Part shown: positions 9,912 to 16,627 of the stretch, piece by piece
Numbering within the stretch: position 1 is the stretch's first letter
How the letters are laid out: each line of letters opens with the position of its first letter
Source of the DNA: Octopus sinensis
Lineage: Eukaryota
Assembly: GCF_006345805.1 (NCBI RefSeq)
Contig: NW_021825095.1
Span: forward strand, 1 to 16,627
Length of the DNA: 16,627 nucleotides
Direction of reading: 5' to 3'
Notes under the pieces: model-generated
Database searches by the model: none
Told to the model about the DNA's origin: nothing
The model's input: only the letters and a program-made list of their open reading frames with translations
Program-made: the position numbers and the translations under genes

Positions 9912-10186
9912 TATATATAGATATATAGAGAGAGAGAGGAGGAGGAGGAAGAGACACGTGTGTCCGTGTGTGTGTGTGTGTGTGCGTGTGTGTGTTTGTG
10001 TATGGTGATAAGAGAGAAATGTGGTGGAAGGGAGAGAGAGAGAACAGAACACAATACTAAAATATGATCAGAGCAATTAACGACATTGTCGTATAGTAAT
10101 GGCTCTAACTCAAGAAAACATACACCATAATTCTGGTCTACAAAAACCATTGTACTTTCTATTAAACAAACAAATAATAAATATAC

Positions 10187-10187
<1 letters not shown>

Positions 10188-10222
<35 letters not shown>

Positions 10223-10237
10223 AATAATAATAATAAT
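10188..10237. repeat. (ATC)n(AAT)n microsatellite
   Basis: Read directly; explains the poly-M ORF. Confidence 0.95.
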
Positions 10238-10634
10238 GGCGGCGAGCTGGCAGAAGCGTTAGCACGCCGGGCGAAATGCGTAGCCGTATTTCGCCTGGCG
10301 TTACGTTCTGAGTTCAAATTCCGCCGAGGTCGACTTTGCCTTTCATCCTTTCGGGGTCGATAAATTAAGGACCAGTTACGCACTGGGGTCAATATAATCG
10401 ACTTAACCCCGTTGTCTGTCCTTTTTTGTCCCCTCTGTGTTTGGCCCTTTGTAGGTAGTAAAGAAATAGGTATTTCGTCTATCTTTACGTTCTAAGTTCA
10501 AATTCCGCGGAGGTCGACTTTACCTTTCATCCTTTCGGGATCGATAAATTAAGTACCAGTTGTGTACTGGGGTCGATCTAATCGACTGGCCCCCTTCCTC
10601 AAAAATTTCGGGCCTTGTGCCTAAAGTAGTAAAG

Positions 10635-10635
<1 letters not shown>
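10238..10635 (+). mobile_element. Full-length dimeric tRNA-derived SINE family A
   Basis: A box tggcagaagcg, B box gagttcaaattcc; the core is repeated from 10469; ends in (ATT)n. Confidence 0.9.
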
Positions 10636-10687
<52 letters not shown>

Positions 10688-10741
10688 CATTATTATTATT
10701 ATTATTTTATTATTATTATATTATTATTATTATTATTATTA
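10635..10741. repeat. (ATT)n tract shared by the SINE 3' end and the opposite-strand LINE 3' end
   Basis: Read directly. Confidence 0.95.
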
Positions 10742-11257
10742 GTATTTTTCATTGTTTTTGTACAGCTTCTAACGCTGGAGATGTACTACGGTGTCAGCTG
10801 TTCACTACCAGTGAACTAAGGTAACACCCCTTATTTTTCGAGCACCTTCCGGAGTATTCGAACAGTCCGAAGCAGTGCTGTTTTATGCAAATGCTCCACT
10901 CTTAATGCAGCCCCTATTTGTTCCACGTACTTCTCAAGATATGTTATTCACTTTTCTCAGCACTCCGACAATTTTCAGCGACCACAATTGCTTAACCTCC
11001 CAAGCTAACTTGCTATATCTATCGACTTTTCTTTCTTCCTTATCGTATACCTTGTTGTCAGCTGGACATGCCATATCTATGATCCAGCATCGTTTGCTTT
11101 CTTTCTCCTTTAAGACTATGTCTGGTTTACTATTCTCTATCTAATGGTCCCACTGAATCATAAAATCCCATAAGATCTTTGCATTATCATCTTCGATGAT
11201 TCGTTCGGGTTTATGTTCGTACCACTTTTTTGCTCTGTCAAGTCCATACTTGTTGCA
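10742..11257 (-). mobile_element. 5'-truncated R4/Dong-like LINE, RLE domain pseudogene (fragment 1)
   Basis: Minus strand reads CNKYGLDRAKKWYEHKPERIIEDDNAKILWDFMIQWDH*IENSKPDIVLKEKESKRCWIIDMACPADNKVYDKEERKVDRYSKLAWEVKQLW.../HLEKYVEQIG...LHKTALLRTVRILRKVLEK* (stop 10831-10833), then a ~90-nt UTR and (TAA)n. Confidence 0.92.
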
Positions 11258-11260
11258 ACG

Positions 11261-11760
11261 TCGCACAGTATACAATATCGTGAGGTCGTTGATTGAAGAT
11301 ATTGTGTGTACCGTGGGTTTGCACTGTTGGTCAATTCACGACAAGGACCTCAGACAGACAGCACTTTACGCAATATGCGTACAATTTTAAGTAATGCCGA
11401 CTTTTGCAATACACCTAGATTGTTGGGTATTTCTAAAGTTTCCAGATGTTCTGGGTTTTTTTTCAGATTGGGTGGTATTGAACCCAATGATCCGATGACA
11501 ATAGGGACAACCTTTACGCTTGACTCTCGTAGCTGCTACAGCTTAGCGATATCAATTCTCAGGTCTCCATATTTGTCAATCTTTTCTCTTTCTTTCATGA
11601 TAAGTTTATCTCTTGGCACTACCATGTCAAATATTAGGTACTCTTGTTTGTCGCTCCTAAAGGTTACTATGTCTGGCCTTCGGTGCTCTAACACCTTGTC
11701 TGTGTGGAAGTCAAAGTCTCAGAGGATTTTTACCTTCCCCTTTTCGTCCGTTACCTTTTT
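11261..11760 (-). mobile_element. 5'-truncated R4/Dong-like LINE, RLE domain pseudogene (fragment 2)
   Basis: Minus strand reads KVKIL*DFDFHTDKVLEHRRPDIVTFRSDKQEYLIFDMVVPRDKLIMKEREKIDKYGDLRIDIAKL*QLRESSVKVVPIVIGSLGSIP...LQKSALLKIVRILRKVLSV* (stop 11350-11352). Confidence 0.92.
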
Positions 11761-11801
11761 CAGTGTTGTTATTGCTATTATCATTATTATTATTATTATC
11801 A

Positions 11802-11980
11802 TTCAGTAGTTTTATTTTTATAGCATGCTTTCACTTCACTACCGAGCGCAGCTCTGTGTGCCTTGGTATGTGCTGTGATTTGTTGTGATGCTCTGATGGT
11901 TATTGTATGGAAAGTGTTCTGCGTAGGATGTGTGCAGTGCCTAGTAGTGCAATTTTCTGTATGTTATATGTGTTTGTAAG

Positions 11981-11981
<1 letters not shown>
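11802..11981 (-). mobile_element. Extreme 3' end of an R4/Dong-like LINE (fragment 3) between (TAA)n tracts
   Basis: Minus strand reads LTNTYNIQKIALLGTAHILRRTLSIQ* (stop 11900-11902), homologous to the C-termini of fragments 1 and 2; att tracts at 11777-11801 and 11982-12036. Confidence 0.85.
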
Positions 11982-12036
<55 letters not shown>

Positions 12037-12047
12037 CTCTCTCGTTA

Positions 12048-12250
12048 TACTCTTTTACTTGTTTCAGCTATTTGACTGCGGCCATGCTGGAGCACCGCCT
12101 TTAGTCGAGCAAATCGACCCCAGGACTTATTCTTTGTAAGCCTAGTGCTTATTCTCTTTTGCCGGACCGCCAAGTTACGGGGACGCAAACACACCAGCAT
12201 TGGTAGTCAAGCGATGATGGGGGGGACAAACACAGACACACAAACACACA

Positions 12251-12289
<39 letters not shown>

Positions 12290-12354
12290 ACACACACATA
12301 TATATATATATACATACATACATACATACATACATACATACATACATACATACA

Positions 12355-12388
<34 letters not shown>

Positions 12389-12525
12389 CGATGGGCTTCT
12401 TTCAGTTCCGTCTACCAGATCTACTCACAAGGCTTGGTCGGCCCGAGGCTATAGTAGAAGACACTTGCCCAAGGTGCCACGCAGTGGGACTGAACCCGGA
12501 ACCATGTGGTTCGTAAGCAATCTTC
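12048..12525 (-). mobile_element. SINE family B with expanded internal (CA)/(TA)/(CATA) microsatellite
   Basis: Close reverse-complement match to 7150-7534. Confidence 0.9.
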
Positions 12526-12532
12526 CTGTGCC

Positions 12533-12547
12533 TATTATTATTATTAT

Positions 12548-12595
<48 letters not shown>
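12533..12595. repeat. (ATT)n(AGT)n microsatellite
   Basis: Read directly. Confidence 0.95.
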
Positions 12596-13072
12596 AATTC
12601 CTAAACAATCCTCCTTTTGCTTTTGCTTTTCACTTGTTATATTTTTATTTTCGTTTATTTGTTGATACGTTTTTTGAGTTTTTGGGGTTTTTTTCCTATT
12701 CTTTGTCATTTTGTGCGTTTGTGTTTTTTCTTTTTTTTTTTGGCTCTGCCAAAAACAATGTGACATCACTCAATGTATGTTTTGTTTTTTTTTCTCTATA
12801 TGCCCCTCCCTCTTACTCTTCCATTGTCATTTTTATTAAATCGTTTCAGCCATTCATAACAAGATGTTTTGGTGGAGGGAGGGGGGAGTAATTGTTTTTG
12901 TTCTTTTGTTTTTTATTGTCAGTTTTTTTTTTTGTCATTGTCCGACCTCAGAGCATCTCAAACAAAACAATCGCCATTCCACTTCGCTGCTTCTTCCCCG
13001 CTCCACACCACAACACTTTTGTATTCAATGGCAATGTCTTGTAGAAATTTGTATGTGTATGTGTTTGTGTGT

Positions 13073-13758
13073 GGAGGCGCAATGGTCCAGTGGTTAGGGC
13101 AGCGGACTCGGGATCGGAGGATCGCGGTTTCGATTCACAGACCGGGCGTTGTGTGTGTTTATTGAGCGAAAACATCTAAAGCTCCACGATGATCCGGCAG
13201 AGGGTGGTGGCGACCCTCTAGAAAAACGCCGCCGCCGTGGTGATCTCATTCTCGCCCACAACATCATAAGCGGAAAGTGTAACCTCTCGAAAGAGCTGTT
13301 CTTCACTCCTGCTCCAGAGCGTCGGCTGCGGGGTCATTCCGAAAAGCTCTACCTGCGACGATTTCATCTCAATCGAAGGAGAGGAGCTTTCTCCGTCCGG
13401 GTTGCGGATCCATGGAACAAGCTGCCAGACGAGATAGTGAAGATGCTGACGACCGCTTTGTTCAAAGCCTCCCTTGACCTCAAGTGGCCTGAACTCTTTA
13501 CATGAACACCACCCTGTACTTAACTCCATGTCCCCCTACATGGCCTTGCTATTTGCTTTTGAGCCAAATTAACTAACTAACTAACTAACTAACTACTCTT
13601 TCGCCCCAACTTTCTCTCACTCTTTCTTCCTGTTTCTTGAATAACGCTGCGATGGACTGGCGTCCCGTCCAGCCGGGGGAAACACATACGCCATAGAAAC
13701 CGGGAAACCGGGCCCATGAGCCTGGCAAGGCTTGAAAAGGGCGCATAAATAAATAAAT
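13073..13758 (+). mobile_element. tRNA-derived SINE family D, split by a CR1-like fragment
   Basis: A box tggtccagtgg, B-box-like gtttcgattc; body resumes at ~13595 with gcgatggactggcgtcccgtccag...agaaaccgg, which resembles a conserved SINE central domain (Meta/V-type, from recall); (taaa)n tail. Confidence 0.75.
13218..13595 (+). mobile_element. 5'-truncated CR1-group LINE: ORF2 C-terminus, 3' UTR and (TAAC)n tail
   Basis: LEKRRRRGDLI...LRGHSEKL...RRGAFSVRVADPWNKLP...* (stop ends 13505) is the typical CR1 ORF2 terminal motif; tail at 13570-13595. Confidence 0.9.
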
Positions 13759-13834
13759 GTGTTCGTGTGTGTGTGTGCACGCGTGTATGTTTACAGTGTT
13801 TTCTTCATAATCTAACCGAACAAGTGGTGGTTTG

Positions 13835-14140
13835 TTGCCAACTTAATGTGGCAGACCCAAGAAAGGGAAGAATGCTACTACTATTTAGCCCCAAGAAACA
13901 CTATTTTTAGTTGGCTACGTGACACAAGCGATTCAAACAGGGGAGATAAGCACATTTCACCCAACAAAGCCAGCATTCAGAGACTAGTTTCAAGGTAGTT
14001 GCCCTTCTTCAGTCTGGAGTAGCTTGGCGATCTCAGTAATATCTTGTCTTCCATATTGAATTATTTATGCTAATGTTATTATTGGAGTAAAGATTTTTGC
14101 CAACATAACATGGCAGTCCTGGTTTAGGATGAATGTTATG
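13835..14140 (-). mobile_element. ~262-bp terminally redundant non-coding unit (retrozyme or Penelope pseudo-LTR-like)
   Basis: Diverged ~45-bp direct repeat ttgccaac...tggcag...gaatg(c/t)ta at 13835 and 14097 brackets a hammerhead motif. Confidence 0.55.
13976..14018 (-). ncRNA. Minimal type I hammerhead ribozyme motif
   Basis: Minus RNA: UCCAGA CUGAAGA AGGG-CAACUA-CCUU GAAA CUAG UC^UCUGAA. CUGANGA, GAAA and the GUC site are intact, with stem I CAGA/UCUG, stem II AGGG/CCUU and palindromic stem III ACUAGU. Confidence 0.75.
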
Positions 14141-14154
14141 TTGGTAGTTATGTT

Positions 14155-14505
14155 AGGTAGTGGTGGTGGTGGTGGTGGTGGTTGTGGTGATGGCGGCGGC
14201 GGTAGTGGTGATGGCGGCGGCGGTAGTGGTGCTGATGCTGGTGATGATTTTGGTGATGGTGGTGGTGCTGCTGCTGCTAGTGATGGTGTTGATGTTCTTA
14301 TTGTTGTTGGTAGTGGTGATAATGATGGTGGTGGTGGTTTTGGTGGTAGTCTTGGTGGTGGAGATGGAAGTGGCGGTGGTTTCAGTGGTGGTGGTGTTTT
14401 TGATGTTTGTTGTCGATGATGTTGATGTTGATGCTATTATCGTCGACGTTGTCGATGTTGTTCGCGTTGATATTTTTGGTCGTGTTATTGTTGTTGATGT
14501 TGCTG
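14155..14505. repeat. Degenerate (GGT)/(GAT)/(GTT) trinucleotide low-complexity tract
   Basis: Read directly; produces Gly-, Val- and Thr-rich ORFs in three frames. Confidence 0.9.
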
Positions 14506-14511
14506 TCACTG

Positions 14512-14808
14512 AAGGTGCATTGGCTTAGTGGTTAAGATATTCGGCTCACGGTCGTAAGGTCGTCAGTTCGATTCCCGACGACGTGTTATGTCCTTGAACA
14601 AGGTACTTTATTCCACGTTGCTCCAGCTGGTAAAAATGAACTGTACCTGTTAATCGAAGTGCCAACTTCTTCACATTTTGCGTCATGGTTAATCTCCTTG
14701 GTAACTGCCTTAAAGGTACGTGCGCCCGTGGAGTACTCAGCCACTTGCATGTCAATTTCACGAGCAAACTGTTCCGTTAATCAGATCAACTGAGATTTCA
14801 TGAGAACC
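14512..14808 (+). mobile_element. tRNA-derived SINE family E (diverged)
   Basis: A box tggcttagtgg (14521), B box gttcgattccc (14566), then tgtccttgaacaaggtacttta, a CORE-like motif common after SINE tRNA heads. Confidence 0.75.
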
Positions 14809-14811
14809 CAA

Positions 14812-15227
14812 GGATCTTTTCGCTTTGAACGGCAGTTTTTTCTAGCGGTGTCATATGAAATTGTCACCCATAATTATGACTCTAGTATCGATCTATTGCA
14901 TTTCAATCTGTTTTAGGGTTAGGGTGGGTGGGGGAGGGTATCTTTTTTTCTTCAGAAATGTAAATAAACCCAATCTGTTTCTTAAACGAGGGACATATTC
15001 ATACGCCCAGAATGTTTTTTTTTTACCTCAATAGACGTAATTGATTGGTTGAAATTGCAGAAATTGAAGAAAGAAAAACAACAAATATGTTACAGACTAT
15101 AGAATTTTCTCAATAAAGCCAAGAGAAAAAGATGTTTTATAAACACATTCTACCAGTATACGAAGTTTAAAAGTGTTTAGTTACGTGGAAATTATTTTAA
15201 AAACTGCCGTTCAAACCGAAAAGATCC
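14812..15227. mobile_element. MITE with 29-bp TIRs and 8-bp TSD (possibly Merlin superfamily)
   Basis: TIR ggatcttttcg(c/g)tttgaacggcagttttt with one mismatch; TSD gaacccaa at 14804-14811 and 15228-15235. Confidence 0.92.
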
Positions 15228-15420
15228 GAACCCAATCAGATTCAAAAACCAATTACGATTGTTCATCATTGTTTTCAGTCTGCGGAGAAATGGCTAAATG
15301 TATATACACGAGAGGCTTCTTCCAGTTTCCGTCTACCAAATCCACTCACAAGGCTATAGTAGAAGACACTTGCCATGCAGTGGAACAGAACCCTGGACCT
15401 TGTGGTTGGTAAGCAAGCTA

Positions 15421-16350
15421 ATTCATTTCATAAATATTTGCCATGAAGGCATTACAAAGAGGGGACGAACAAGAACAGACATATTCGTTCGAAATAAATT
15501 TATACACAATTTAATCCCAGAAAATGGGAAACCTATAATTTTTACTTTTTTTCCTCTCAACGAGGACAACAGTTCAAATCCCACCCCCGCTGAGGGGCGA
15601 GACTTAGCAACAAAACCTACAACGTTCGAAATTAATTTTTCACACAGTAATAAATATACATTATTAAATCTCAGAGCGAGATGTAAACAGTAACCGCTCG
15701 ACAATGTAAAGTATAAAAGCCATCTCAATATGGCTAACCAAGGGCACTGAAAGGGTGTCTAGAGCCAGCTGGAGACGATGATCTCCTGGGGCTAAAAAGC
15801 TACAGTAACACCCCCACTTTGTGGTTAGCCATATTGAGATGGCTTTTATACTTTACAATAAATATACAGTATCCCCAAAACGGGAAACCTATAATATTTT
15901 TTTTCTCACAACGAGGACAAGAGTTCAAATCTCGCCCACGCTAGGGGCGGATGCCACAATAGAGCCTACAACGGCTAAAATTTAATTTTTCACACAATAA
16001 TAAATTGCTTATCCCAAAAAACGGGAAACCTATAATATTTTTTTTTCCTCTTAATGAGAATAACAGTTCAAATCCCACCCTCGCTGGGTGGTGGGGGCAC
16101 GACAATAAAGCCTACAATGGCTTTAATAAGTTCAATATTAATATTATTAATAATTTCAATATTTCAACAATTACTTTCTCCCGTCACCGGGAAAAGGCAC
16201 AAAAATTTTCGAAGTTCAACAATGTTCAACAGTTCGAAAATATTAAACAATAAACAACAATTCCAATAGAAAATTTTTCCAACGTTCAACAAAACGTTTG
16301 ACTCACCGCTAAAAACAACACGTCTATCCACGACAGAGGTGAGCGAACTA
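15421..16350. mobile_element. ~930-bp non-coding insertion with three ~141-148-bp internal repeats
   Basis: Boundaries defined by the split SINE; gggaaacctataat at 15526, 15882 and 16023. Confidence 0.7.
15705..15857. repeat. Perfect 36-bp inverted repeat with 81-bp spacer (mini-MITE-like)
   Basis: tgtaaagtataaaagccatctcaatatggctaacca (15705-15740) and its exact reverse complement (15822-15857). Confidence 0.9.
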
Positions 16351-16627
16351 TTTACCACACAGCCACTCCTGTACTATTGTTCTTTCTGGTCTTGCTTATT
16401 GTTATTCTTGTTGTTATTGCTGGGCTAAATATGGCTATTTTGATCTAATCCTGCTTCTATTGCATATAACGAATTTTTATTCAACCGGGTGAATCATTTA
16501 CGTCTGCTACCGGAATATATTTGTGTTTTAAATCATTGTACGTCGACAAGAGATATTATCCCCGGACGAACCTCATGGTTAATTTGCGTTTACGCGATGT
16601 ATTTGCATTAAGTATGATATACAAATG

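Larger units (their letters stand above)
15300..16371 (-). mobile_element. SINE family B 5' half in two pieces (15300-15420 and 16351-16371) separated by an insertion
   Basis: aagcaagcta + tttaccacacagccactcctg rejoins to match the reverse of 7131-7160. Confidence 0.8.

Noticed and set aside
11306-11809. Longest ORF in the track (167 aa, +)
   Set aside because: Antisense shadow of the RLE LINE fragment on the minus strand.
13149-13505. 118-aa ORF as a host gene
   Set aside because: Chance fusion of SINE sequence with a CR1 ORF2 C-terminus, starting at a non-ATG codon.
14129-14528. Gly-rich, Val-rich and Thr-rich ORFs
   Set aside because: Three overlapping frames are open only because the trinucleotide tract lacks stops; no splice or domain evidence.
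14514-14580. tRNA gene (also 13073-13140, 7127-7195, 10238-10325)
   Set aside because: A/B boxes run into SINE bodies; no clean cloverleaf or oligo-T terminator.
14911-14925. Interstitial telomere
   Set aside because: Only two TTAGGG units, internal to a MITE.
15516-16120. CRISPR-like repeat-spacer array (also 1850-2345)
   Set aside because: Whole units are homologous with no unique spacers, there are no cas genes, and the context is eukaryotic.

Overview
Repeat-dense, AT-rich animal non-coding DNA (intron or intergenic) with no intact protein-coding gene. The SINE families match those I recall from Octopus genomes; this is inference, not a database result. Nearly all listed ORFs are by-products of microsatellites or SINEs. 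The window holds tRNA-derived SINEs, four 5'-truncated R4/Dong-like LINE fragments with restriction-like endonuclease (RLE) coding sequence next to (TAA)n or (CATA)n tracts, a CR1-like 3' end, a Tc1 transposase fragment, a non-autonomous Helitron, a GG-terminal MITE with an 8-bp TSD, two long foldback elements and a ~930-bp tandem-repeat element that splits a SINE. The most notable signal is a complete minimal type I hammerhead ribozyme core (minus strand, 13976-14018) inside a ~262-bp terminally redundant non-coding unit, resembling a retrozyme or Penelope pseudo-LTR. Weaker candidates are an HDV-like fold in a small TSD-flanked insert and two non-repeat islands with clustered transcription-factor motifs.
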